From contig CAZILH010000002.1 of NCBI GenBank assembly GCA_964540095.1, forward strand, positions 1-62,020: DNA of 62,020 nt. Reading direction: 5' to 3'. This DNA comes from an uncultured Gammaproteobacteria bacterium. GTDB lineage: Bacteria; Patescibacteriota; Patescibacteriia; UBA1558; GWA2-36-10. The position numbers were made by a program, and so were the translations under genes. Of this stretch, positions 53,631 through 62,020 are shown piece by piece (the stretch's first letter is position 1; each line of letters starts with the position of its first letter). The notes under the pieces are model-generated. The model had not been told where the DNA came from, did no database searches, and saw only the letters and a list, made by a program, of their open reading frames with translations.

Positions 53631-53981
53631 ATGAGGCACCGAAAGAATATAACTAAATTGAGCAGAACCTCTGATGTGCGCCGAGCACTTTTAGAAAACT
53701 TGGCCACGTCAATTATTTTGTATGAAAAAATTGTTACCACCGAAGCCAAAGCCAAGGCCTTGCGACCTTTTGTGGAGCGTTTGATAACCAGAGGTAAGGT
53801 CAAATCAATACATAATAAGCAAATTTTGAGTGGTATTTTGCCAGACAAAAAAGCTGTCCAAAAAGTATTGGATGTTTTGGGTCCTAGATATAAGGATCGT
53901 AAAGGCGGATATTGCCGAATTATTAAAATTTCACCACGAGTCGGAGATGGTGCCTTACTCGCTCAGATTGAATTAGTATAA
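53631..53981 (+). CDS. rplQ: 50S ribosomal protein L17
   Basis: MRHRKNITKLSRTSDVRRALLENLATS.. and GGYCRIIK. Confidence 0.93.
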   Translation: MRHRKNITKLSRTSDVRRALLENLATSIILYEKIVTTEAKAKALRPFVERLITRGKVKSIHNKQILSGILPDKKAVQKVLDVLGPRYKDRKGGYCRIIKISPRVGDGALLAQIELV

Positions 53982-53985
53982 AAAT

Positions 53986-54333
53986 ATGGAAAGAAAAGTT
54001 CACAACATTGATGCTACTGGAAAAATAGCTGGACGCTTGGCCTCTCAAGTAGCAATACTACTGATGGGTAAGCACAAAATAAATTATGCTGCCAACACCG
54101 AATGCGGTGATATTGTTGAAATTACTAATATCAGTGCTATTAAGTTTACTGGTAATAAGCTAGACAGCAAACTTTATTATCGCCATAGCCAATATCCAGG
54201 GAGCTTGAAAACTACCAAATTGAAAGACATGATGGTCAAAAATCCTGAGAAAACTTTTATCCAGATATTGCACAATATGTTGCCAAAAAATAGATTGCGA
54301 CCCAAGATGCTTAAGCGCTTAATTATCAAATAA
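53986..54333 (+). CDS. rplM: 50S ribosomal protein L13 (short form)
   Basis: IDATGKIAGRLASQVAILLMGKHK..YYRHSQYPG..MLPKNRL. Confidence 0.9.
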   Translation: MERKVHNIDATGKIAGRLASQVAILLMGKHKINYAANTECGDIVEITNISAIKFTGNKLDSKLYYRHSQYPGSLKTTKLKDMMVKNPEKTFIQILHNMLPKNRLRPKMLKRLIIK

Positions 54334-54337
54334 TACT

Positions 54338-54751
54338 ATGCCAGAAGAAACCAAGTCCAAGTCAATAACCTTTGCCGTTGGTAGAAGAAAATCAGCTATT
54401 GCTAGAGTTAGGATTATGTCTGAAAAAAGCAATGGTATCAGTATCACCATCAATGATAAGGATTATAAGCTTTATTTACCATATTTTGAGTGGCAACAAG
54501 ATTTATTGGCGCCTCTCAAAATAACTGGCCAAGATAAAATTGTTATCTCTGTCCGAGTCAAAGGAGGCGGTATCAAAGGGCAAGTTGACGCTATAGTCAA
54601 CGGCCTAGCCAAGGCCTTGTTGAAAATTGATGAAAATTTCCGCGCGGCTTTGAGAAAAGAAGGACTTCTTACCCGCGATTCTCGCATCAAGGAACGAAAG
54701 AAACCGGGTCTCAAAAAAGCCCGCCGCGCCCCACAATGGAGCAAACGTTAA
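54338..54751 (+). CDS. rpsI: 30S ribosomal protein S9
   Basis: GRRKSAIARVR..GGGIKGQVDAI..LTRDSRIKERKKPGLKKARRAPQWSKR. Confidence 0.95.
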   Translation: MPEETKSKSITFAVGRRKSAIARVRIMSEKSNGISITINDKDYKLYLPYFEWQQDLLAPLKITGQDKIVISVRVKGGGIKGQVDAIVNGLAKALLKIDENFRAALRKEGLLTRDSRIKERKKPGLKKARRAPQWSKR

Positions 54752-54772
54752 AAATTACTTTACTATACTCAG

Positions 54773-54807
54773 AAACCCCTATAAAATACGGGGTTTTTGC
54801 TTTTTTT
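54773..54807 (+). terminator. Intrinsic terminator after rpsI
   Basis: Stem aaacccc / ggggttt plus a T-run. Confidence 0.75.
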
Positions 54808-54847
54808 AGCTATTTTCAAAGGTCTTTTCTTTTGTTATAATTAGCCC

Positions 54848-56284
54848 ATGACAAATGGCCAAAAAATCACCTCAAATACTAGCTGGTATTTGCTGGCTCT
54901 GATTTTTCAAAAAATATTATCTTTTGCCTATTTTACGATTTTGGCCAGATTTTTGGGACCAAATGATTATGGGCAATACCAATTGGCTCTTAATTTTGCG
55001 CTGATGCTTTCGGTTGTAGCTGACTTGGGTTTGTCAGCTGTCTTGATTCGGGAAACAGCCAGAAAACAAATTGATCAGAAGCAACTTTTTCGCCAAATAT
55101 TTTCTCTCAAATTATTATTGAGCATTTTGTCATTGGCCGCTATCATAATTGGCGATCTACTACTTTACGCCAATAACCCAGTGCGTCCGCTTATTTTTTT
55201 AACGGCCTTTATAGTTATTATTGATAGTTTTACTTTATTGTTTTATGGTTTTTTACGTGGTCAGCAAAATCTGTATTACGAATCAATCGGCACAATAGCT
55301 TTTCAAGTTATTATTTTGACGCTGGGCTTGATTTTGATGCAATTTAATCGTGATCCATTTTTCTTTATTATTGTGGTTTTAGTAGCTAGCAGTTTTAATT
55401 TTTTATATTCTTTAATTTTAATCAATAAAAAGTACCAAGTTAAATTGGGTTGGTGTTTTGATAAAAAATTAGTACGTAGTATTTTTTTTATAGCTTGGCC
55501 TTTTGCTTTGTCGGCCTTGTTTGCCAAGATCTATGCTTATATTGACGGTTTGATTTTGGAGCAGATGCAGGGCGCTTCTCAAATGGGTTTGTATAGTGTA
55601 GCTTACAAAATAACTTTTGCTTTTCAATTTATACCTTTAGCTTTTGTGGCCGCTCTTTATCCGGCTTTTTCTCATTATTGGCAGAATGACAAAAGTCAGC
55701 TAGAAAAAACTTTACTCAAAGCCATAAATTATCTGGGCTATATTGCTTTACCAATTTCCGCTGGTATTATCTGTTTGGCGCCAAACATCATTAGTACGCT
55801 TTATACCAGTAATTATAATGGCTCCAGTGTGCCTTTGCAGATTTTGATTGCTAGCTTGCCATTTTTATTTATCAATTTTGCTTTATCATATTTTTTGAAT
55901 GCTACCGATCGCCAACGAACCAATACTTTTAATTTGGGACTAGTAATGATTCTGAATGTTGTTTTAAATATTCTGTTTATTCCCAAGTGGTCAACGCTGG
56001 GAGCTAGTTTAGCATCCACCATTAGCACCATTAGTTTGTTTTGCCTGAATTTATTCGCAGTTTATAAAGTGACTCAGATTAAGCTGGGTGATTGGTGGCC
56101 TATGCTTAGAGCCATCATGGCTAGCTTATTGATGGCCTTGGTAGTAATTTTTTTGGCTAAGATATTTAATATTTGGTTGTGTATTGCTCTTGGCTTTTTG
56201 GTGTATTTTGGCTTTTTAATATTATTTAAAAATTTGGAAAAAGAGGATTATTTTTATATTAGACGGGCTTTAAAAAAGAATTAA
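54848..56284 (+). CDS. Wzx-like oligosaccharide flippase (MOP superfamily)
   Basis: About 14 TM segments. N-terminal region ..NTSWYLLALIFQKILSFAYFTILARFLGPNDYG. Confidence 0.75.
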   Translation: MTNGQKITSNTSWYLLALIFQKILSFAYFTILARFLGPNDYGQYQLALNFALMLSVVADLGLSAVLIRETARKQIDQKQLFRQIFSLKLLLSILSLAAIIIGDLLLYANNPVRPLIFLTAFIVIIDSFTLLFYGFLRGQQNLYYESIGTIAFQVIILTLGLILMQFNRDPFFFIIVVLVASSFNFLYSLILINKKYQVKLGWCFDKKLVRSIFFIAWPFALSALFAKIYAYIDGLILEQMQGASQMGLYSVAYKITFAFQFIPLAFVAALYPAFSHYWQNDKSQLEKTLLKAINYLGYIALPISAGIICLAPNIISTLYTSNYNGSSVPLQILIASLPFLFINFALSYFLNATDRQRTNTFNLGLVMILNVVLNILFIPKWSTLGASLASTISTISLFCLNLFAVYKVTQIKLGDWWPMLRAIMASLLMALVVIFLAKIFNIWLCIALGFLVYFGFLILFKNLEKEDYFYIRRALKKN

Positions 56285-56285
56285 A

Positions 56286-57377
56286 ATGAAAAAGGTTTTA
56301 GTGCTTACTCATGAATATTTTCCTTTTGCTGGTGGCGTAGCCATGTATTGTTATAATTTATTCAAAAATTTTCCAACAGAAAATTATCTGGTAGCCAGTG
56401 ATTGTCCAGAACTAAAAAATCAAAATAATAATGTTAAAATAAAATTAGTATCACCCTATGTTTGGCCACATTGGTTGCCAGGCTTATTAGCCGTTACTCG
56501 ACTGGTCAGAAAACATAAAGTTGCTGTCATTTTTACACCAAATATTCTGCCTTTAGGATCCATTGCTTATGTGATAAAAAAAATATTTGGCACGCCCTAT
56601 ATCATATCTTTACATGGTTTGGATATAAATTTGGCTTTGCAGAACAAGCCAGTTTGGACCAAGAAAATATTGCTCTCAGCCCAAGCGATTGTCTGCAATA
56701 CGGAGTATACAGCTGGTCTGATCAAGGGATTGGTCAGTGTTGATAAAATAAGTGTTATTTATCCAAATATTAGTATTGATTCGAAAAATATTTCAGCGGA
56801 GCAAGTAAAGTCAATAAAAGAAAAATATAAGGTCGGCAGTGCCAAGCTAATCTTGACTGTCGGTAGATTGGTAGAAAGAAAAGGCCATGCCTTAGTAATT
56901 GATGCTCTGAAGAACTTGTTGGATTTAGATTGTAAATACTGGATAGTGGGTGATGGCCCCCACAGAGCTAATTTAGAAAAACAGGTTATAGATAATAATT
57001 TGTCAGAGAAAGTATTTTTTTTGGGGAGAGTGGCTACTGAAGATTTGCCCTTGTTTTATCAGGCGGCAAATTTGTTTGTCATGCCCAACCAAGAAATCGG
57101 CACTGACGTGGAAGGTTTTGGTATGGTGTTTTTGGAAGCAGCTACTTTTGCTTTGCCGATCATTGCCGGGTTTAGCGGTGGTGTCAAAGAAATATTTACA
57201 GGTCACGGAGATGTTTGTTATGTTGACAATAGCCATGATATTGCCGTGGCAATCAGAGATTTATTGACTGATGAAAAAAAAGCTTATAGCTATGGTCAGC
57301 AAGCGTATTTAATCAGCGAAAAATTTAAAAATAAACAAGCCGAAAGTATTAAGTTATTAGAAAAGATTTTAAGTTAG
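56286..57377 (+). CDS. GT4 glycosyltransferase
   Basis: EGFGMVFLEAATFALPIIA. Confidence 0.8.
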   Translation: MKKVLVLTHEYFPFAGGVAMYCYNLFKNFPTENYLVASDCPELKNQNNNVKIKLVSPYVWPHWLPGLLAVTRLVRKHKVAVIFTPNILPLGSIAYVIKKIFGTPYIISLHGLDINLALQNKPVWTKKILLSAQAIVCNTEYTAGLIKGLVSVDKISVIYPNISIDSKNISAEQVKSIKEKYKVGSAKLILTVGRLVERKGHALVIDALKNLLDLDCKYWIVGDGPHRANLEKQVIDNNLSEKVFFLGRVATEDLPLFYQAANLFVMPNQEIGTDVEGFGMVFLEAATFALPIIAGFSGGVKEIFTGHGDVCYVDNSHDIAVAIRDLLTDEKKAYSYGQQAYLISEKFKNKQAESIKLLEKILS

Positions 57378-57384
57378 AAAAAAT

Positions 57385-58554
57385 ATGACGCAGTATGATG
57401 TAATCATGTTTGGCATGTCAAACTATTCCGAGTGGGATAGAGGAGTGTCCAATCGCAATTATCATGTTTTGAAAGAGTTGCTTAATAAGCCCGAAGTCAA
57501 CAAAGTTTTATATGTTGACTATTTGCCATTGACTTGGAAAAGGGCCTTGCGTATTTTGAAGCAGGACATTTTTGTTGACTTGAAAAATTCACAAGTAGTT
57601 AGCCGTGGCGCTACTTTCAAAGTTTCCAAATTATCGGAGAAATTGTTTGTTTATACTGATATCAGCTTTGTTTTTTCTCCCATGCTGACTATTAATAATA
57701 TAAAAAAACTTTCTTTAAAATTGAATTTTGGCGATTTAGTTTTGTGGTCGCTTAACCCATTTATTACTCCTTTTTGGCAAAAATTTGGCGCTAGATTGGT
57801 AGTTTTTGATGCGGTTGATAATTGGCTTTCCCATTCATCCTATACCAAGCTACAAGCTAGATTAAAAAAATGTTACGACTTGGTAAAAAGCGAAGCAGAT
57901 ATTATTTTTACGGTTTCCAAAAATCTGTTGAATTTTTTTGAAGACCAGCCCAATGTACACTGGATTCCCAATGGTGTGGATTTTATTCACTACAACAAGC
58001 AATACACTCTAGTCAATAGAGATATTTCTGATATAAAGAAACCAATCATTGGCTATATTGGGATTATTCAGGAAAAAGTTGATTTGGATCTTATTCATTA
58101 TTTAGCCGAAAAAAATCAAGACAAATCCATTGTTTTGGTCGGTCCGATCTGGGATGAGCAGACCTTGCAGAAAAAAGAATTGAAGAGCTACCAAAATATT
58201 TATTGGCTGGGTCACAAGTCATATGAAGAAGCGCCGATGTATATTCAGCAATTTAGCGTTGGCATTGTACCGCATCGGGCCAATGAATTTAGCGCTAGCA
58301 CCAATCCCATGAAGGTCTATGAGTATTTGGCTTGCGGTAAGCCAGTGGTCTCGACAGAAAATGTCGGCACCGAAAATATGAATGACATAATAAAAGTAGC
58401 TAGTGGCTATGAGGATTTCAACCAACAAGTTAATTTAGAATTAAAAAACGATTCAGATCAAGCCATTACTTTGCGTCAAGAGTTTGCCAAAAAATATTCT
58501 TGGCACAATACCGTGGAAAAAATGCTGGATATTATTAATAAAAAATTAATTTAA
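57385..58554 (+). CDS. GT-B fold glycosyltransferase (TuaH-like)
   Basis: NPMKVYEYLACGKPVVST. Confidence 0.65.
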   Translation: MTQYDVIMFGMSNYSEWDRGVSNRNYHVLKELLNKPEVNKVLYVDYLPLTWKRALRILKQDIFVDLKNSQVVSRGATFKVSKLSEKLFVYTDISFVFSPMLTINNIKKLSLKLNFGDLVLWSLNPFITPFWQKFGARLVVFDAVDNWLSHSSYTKLQARLKKCYDLVKSEADIIFTVSKNLLNFFEDQPNVHWIPNGVDFIHYNKQYTLVNRDISDIKKPIIGYIGIIQEKVDLDLIHYLAEKNQDKSIVLVGPIWDEQTLQKKELKSYQNIYWLGHKSYEEAPMYIQQFSVGIVPHRANEFSASTNPMKVYEYLACGKPVVSTENVGTENMNDIIKVASGYEDFNQQVNLELKNDSDQAITLRQEFAKKYSWHNTVEKMLDIINKKLI

Positions 58555-58556
58555 AT

Positions 58557-59423
58557 ATGAATCCAAAAGTATCAGTAGTCATAGTTCATTGGCGAGTGCG
58601 TAAATTATTGGAACAATGTTTGCGCAGTATCTATAAGCAGATAGATCCCGAAGAAGTAGAGGTGATTGTGGTTGACAATGACTCTCAGGATGGCACTTCG
58701 GAAATGCTAATGGTGGAATTTCCCAAAGTAAAGACCATTGCCTTGGGCCAAAACAAGGGTTTTGCCTATGCCAATAATTTAGGCATCAAAGTTGCCCATG
58801 GTCAGTTGATATGCTTATTAAATCCCGACACTGTCATTGGTGATGGTTTTTTTGCCAAGAGCATGAAGTATATGGCTGAAAATCCAGGCGTATCTATTGT
58901 TGGCCCATTATTATTAAATAAAGATGGCAGTGTGCAAGAATCAGTCAGGCGTTTTCCTGATTGGCGTTCACATATTTTGATTTTATTAAAACTAAAAAAC
59001 ATTATCCCCCAGCAAAAATTTTTAGCGTATTATTTGTATCCAGAGTTTGACTATAAGCGCGAAGCAGCTGTTGAGCAGATAATGGGCGCGGCTATGATAA
59101 TAAGACGTAGTGTTTTTGATACTTTGGGTTTATTTGATCAGGGCTATTTTATTTGGTTTGAGGAAGTGGATTTTTGCCAGCGAGCCAGAAAGCACGGCTT
59201 GAGTATAAAATTTGTGCCAGACTTTTCGGTCACTCACTATGGCGGTGCCAGTTTTGAACAAGCTCCAACCGTGCACAAACAAATGATGTTTAATCGCAGT
59301 TTGCTGCGTTATTTTTTCAAACACCAGCCCTGGTGGCAAAGTATTATTTTGATGGTTATTTTGCCTATTAATTTATTATTAACAGCCCTGTATGCTCTCT
59401 TTTTACGCATTAGAGAACAATAG
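58557..59423 (+). CDS. GT2 glycosyltransferase
   Basis: VVIVHWR, VVDNDSQDGT, NKGFAYANN and FEEVDFC. Confidence 0.8.
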   Translation: MNPKVSVVIVHWRVRKLLEQCLRSIYKQIDPEEVEVIVVDNDSQDGTSEMLMVEFPKVKTIALGQNKGFAYANNLGIKVAHGQLICLLNPDTVIGDGFFAKSMKYMAENPGVSIVGPLLLNKDGSVQESVRRFPDWRSHILILLKLKNIIPQQKFLAYYLYPEFDYKREAAVEQIMGAAMIIRRSVFDTLGLFDQGYFIWFEEVDFCQRARKHGLSIKFVPDFSVTHYGGASFEQAPTVHKQMMFNRSLLRYFFKHQPWWQSIILMVILPINLLLTALYALFLRIREQ

Positions 59424-60792
59424 ACCAATTTTGTTTTGGAGTGGCATCTTGCTTTTTTTAGAATTGCTTTCCGCCTTAGCTTGGTTTTATAATCCTTTGG
59501 CTATTGTTTTTTTTATAATACTAGCTGGGATTTTAATTTTTGCTTATCGCCAAAATAAGTCCTGGCTAATACTATTGCCAATCCTTGAACTATTTTGGGG
59601 CAGTATGGGGCGCAGTATCGGCTATGGTTTTTTTAGTTTGCGCTGGTTGATTTTTATTGTCACTATTTTATTTTTTTTAATAGCTAATTTTGGAAAATAC
59701 AAAAGTTTAAAAATATTTCAAAATAGAGCAATAGCAAGAATTTTTGTAAGCTACCTAGTTCTGATTATTTTTGTGACACTACTAGCCATAATTAACCATC
59801 ATTCATTGCGCAATATTTTCTTTGACGCTAATGCTTATTTATTTTTCTTGTATTTGCCTCTTTGGTTGGAATATTATGATACTAATGTTTTCAAGAAAAT
59901 AGTAAATATTTTATTAGCCAGCTCTTTGCTGATCGCTGTCAAGACCATGCTTGTTTTTTATTTTTTTACGCAAAGCAGTTTTGATTTGCTGGCTTTGTAT
60001 AAATGGATTAGGGATACCAGAACCGGAGAAATTACAATATTAGACAATGGCTTTGCGCGCATATTTTTTCAGTCACAAATATATTTACTATTGGCTTGGT
60101 CAATTATTTTTGATCGTGTCATAAAGTGTAAACTAAGCGCTAAAAAGTTTTTTTATTTAGTGATTTTGTCTACGGCTATTTACATTTCTTTGTCTAGAAG
60201 TTTGTGGCTCGGTCTCTTGCTGATTATATTTGTCTTATTGATTTTAAACAAAAGAATTTTAGTAAGTTTAAAGTATTTGTTTTTTATTTCTTTAACAACT
60301 TATGCTTTGGTAATAATATTATTTAATGTGCCAAAATATCATCAAATAAATTTATTGTCTAATCGTAGTTTGAGCAGTCAAGAAGCCGCTTTGTCCACTC
60401 GGACATTGTTATTGCCAGTGATGTGGGACTCTATTCAGAAGAGCCCGCTTATTGGCCATGGTTTTGGGCAAGAGCTGACTTTCTTGAGTCAAGATCCGCG
60501 TAGTAAAAATGCTCAAAATCCCACCGGCCAAAGAACCACCTTTTCCTTTGAATGGGGCTGGCTTGATTTTATGCTCAAAGGAGGCCTCTTGTTGCCCCTA
60601 TTCTTCGTTTATAGCTTAGTTTATATTATTAGGGCACTTTATGTTATAATTAGGTCAAAGCCCGAATTTATGGCCTGGTTGGCCATATTTTTGGCCTTGC
60701 CATTGATTCATGTTTTTACACCTTATCTCAACCATCCTTTGGGCTTGGGTTTACTGATTTTAGGGCTTATCAATACAAAAAATTATGTCTAA
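59392..60792 (+). CDS. O-antigen ligase/polymerase-like (Wzy_C) membrane protein
   Basis: At least 10 TM segments. YISLSRSLWLGLLL and a periplasmic loop with GHGFG. Confidence 0.65.
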   Translation: MLSFYALENNRPILFWSGILLFLELLSALAWFYNPLAIVFFIILAGILIFAYRQNKSWLILLPILELFWGSMGRSIGYGFFSLRWLIFIVTILFFLIANFGKYKSLKIFQNRAIARIFVSYLVLIIFVTLLAIINHHSLRNIFFDANAYLFFLYLPLWLEYYDTNVFKKIVNILLASSLLIAVKTMLVFYFFTQSSFDLLALYKWIRDTRTGEITILDNGFARIFFQSQIYLLLAWSIIFDRVIKCKLSAKKFFYLVILSTAIYISLSRSLWLGLLLIIFVLLILNKRILVSLKYLFFISLTTYALVIILFNVPKYHQINLLSNRSLSSQEAALSTRTLLLPVMWDSIQKSPLIGHGFGQELTFLSQDPRSKNAQNPTGQRTTFSFEWGWLDFMLKGGLLLPLFFVYSLVYIIRALYVIIRSKPEFMAWLAIFLALPLIHVFTPYLNHPLGLGLLILGLINTKNYV

Positions 60793-61792
60793 AATAGCAA
60801 AAAATATTTCAGTCACTGTTTGTTTGCTCACTTGGAATGGTGAAAAATATTTGCCTATGTTTTTGAATAGTTTGCTGGAACAAACATTTGAAAATTGGGA
60901 GCTTTTGGTTTTGGATAATGCTTCGGCTGATAACTCCGTGGCGGTAGTTAGTGAGTATTATCCGCCAGCCAAAATTATCCGCCAAAAACAAAATGTGGGT
61001 TTTGCCAAAGGCAATAATTTGTTAATCAAATGGTCAAAGTCAGATTATGTTTTGGTAGTTAATCAGGACGTGGTTTTGGATAAAAATTATCTGCAAGTCC
61101 TAGTAGAGTTTATGGCTAAGCACAAACAAGCCGCTAGCGTAGCTGGCAAATTGTACTATTGGGATTATGATAATAGCTTGATGACTGAGACAGTTGATTC
61201 GTTTGGCTTGAAGATTGATCGCCGGCGAGCAGTTGTTGACTACTTACAAGGCCAAGACAATCCGCCAATGGAGACCCAAGAAGTATTTGGTTTGTCAGGG
61301 GCGGTCGTTATGTATCGCCGCCAGGCCTTGGAGTCCATAAAATACCGCATCCAAGATGATGACTACGAATATTTTGATGAAGATTTTTTTGCCTACAAAG
61401 AAGATGTAGACATTGCTTGGCGTCTGCGCTTGTGGGCTTGGGAGAATTGGTTAGTAGCCGATACACGGGCCTACCACCATCGTAGTGTGGCTTCCAGACA
61501 ATCTTTAAAAAAGCGTAGCCAGAATCGCGGTTTTGTTAATAAATTATCCTACCGCAATCAATGGTGGTTGTTGTTCAAGAATTCTTTTGTCAAAGATCTT
61601 ATTCGCGATAGTCGCTTTATTCTTTGGTACGAGTTTAAAAAATTAATTTATTTAATTATTTTTGAAAGACAAACATTGACTGCTTGGTCAGATTTTTTCA
61701 AATATTATTCCAAAATGGCCAAAAAAAGAAAATATATCATGTCTAATCACCAGGTGAAAGCCGAAAGTATAAACAAATGGTTTTATCGATAG
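60785..61792 (+). CDS. GT2 glycosyltransferase
   Basis: VLDNASADNS, NVGFAKGNN and YKEDVDIAWR. Confidence 0.8.
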   Translation: MSKIAKNISVTVCLLTWNGEKYLPMFLNSLLEQTFENWELLVLDNASADNSVAVVSEYYPPAKIIRQKQNVGFAKGNNLLIKWSKSDYVLVVNQDVVLDKNYLQVLVEFMAKHKQAASVAGKLYYWDYDNSLMTETVDSFGLKIDRRRAVVDYLQGQDNPPMETQEVFGLSGAVVMYRRQALESIKYRIQDDDYEYFDEDFFAYKEDVDIAWRLRLWAWENWLVADTRAYHHRSVASRQSLKKRSQNRGFVNKLSYRNQWWLLFKNSFVKDLIRDSRFILWYEFKKLIYLIIFERQTLTAWSDFFKYYSKMAKKRKYIMSNHQVKAESINKWFYR

Positions 61793-62020
61793 TAATTTTA
61801 AACTACAAAACAAAAAATTTAACCAAGGAATTATTAAAAAATTTACTAGATTTAAAATTGCCTTTTGAACACGAGATTATTGTAGTTGACAATGCTTCTT
61901 ATGACGGCTTGGACTCCATAATCAAGGAAAAATTTCCTAGCGTCAAATTTATTCAAGCGCCAAAAAATGGCGGTTTTGCTTATGGTAATAACTTAGGCAT
62001 CAAGCAGGCAGTAGGGCAGT
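61777..62020 (+). CDS. GT2 glycosyltransferase, N-terminal fragment (runs off the right edge)
   Basis: MVLSIVILNYKT..IIVVDNASYDG..NGGFAYGNNLG. It overlaps the previous stop. Confidence 0.7.
   Translation, partial: MVLSIVILNYKTKNLTKELLKNLLDLKLPFEHEIIVVDNASYDGLDSIIKEKFPSVKFIQAPKNGGFAYGNNLGIKQAVGQ

Overview
The window is AT-rich and gene-dense, with short intergenic spacers and almost no Shine-Dalgarno (SD) sequences. Several genes have a TGnTATAAT box 6 nt before the ATG, which suggests leaderless mRNAs. Gene content looks like a small-genome, CPR/Patescibacteria-like bacterium, but that assignment is an inference from content only.

The backbone includes:
- a DEAD-box helicase, rpmG flanked by tRNA-Thr and tRNA-Trp, and HU;
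- two large glycan-assembly clusters (19.6-27.6 kb and 54.8-62.0 kb) with GT2/GT4 enzymes, a UXS-like decarboxylase, a flippase and an O-antigen-ligase-like protein;
- a split dcw/mur cluster: mraY-murD-ftsW-murG at 28.6-33.3 kb and murC/murB at 47.9-50.8 kb;
- the infA-rpmJ-rpsM-rpsK-rpsD-rpoA-rplQ-rplM-rpsI block.

The main things worth a second look are:
1. Four short high-GC cassettes (about 2.03-2.74, 6.8-7.4, 15.0-15.4 and 33.9-34.4 kb). Each sits behind a near-consensus TTGACA promoter, each carries strong GGAGG ribosome-binding sites that the host genes lack, and each ends in a GC-rich hairpin. They encode a Nudix hydrolase and several small orphan proteins or peptides.
2. A roughly 14.6 kb accessory segment that splits murG from murC. 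It contains an atypical tRNA-like gene, a promoter-to-terminator structured RNA candidate, a NYN/MazG/GNAT trio, and a nuclease cluster built around a DpnI-like methyl-directed endonuclease.
3. A compact OLD-family (ATPase+Toprim) nuclease fused in operon to a glycosyltransferase-fold gene.
4. A degenerate tRNA-Thr copy interrupted by GC-rich palindromes.
5. Two repeat families: a 130-bp IR-bounded element and a 116-bp tandem promoter-region repeat.
6. An rpoA gene that lacks the alpha C-terminal domain.

I saw no CRISPR array, integrase, transposase, reverse transcriptase or rRNA. All homology calls are motif recognition by eye, and none has been checked against a database.
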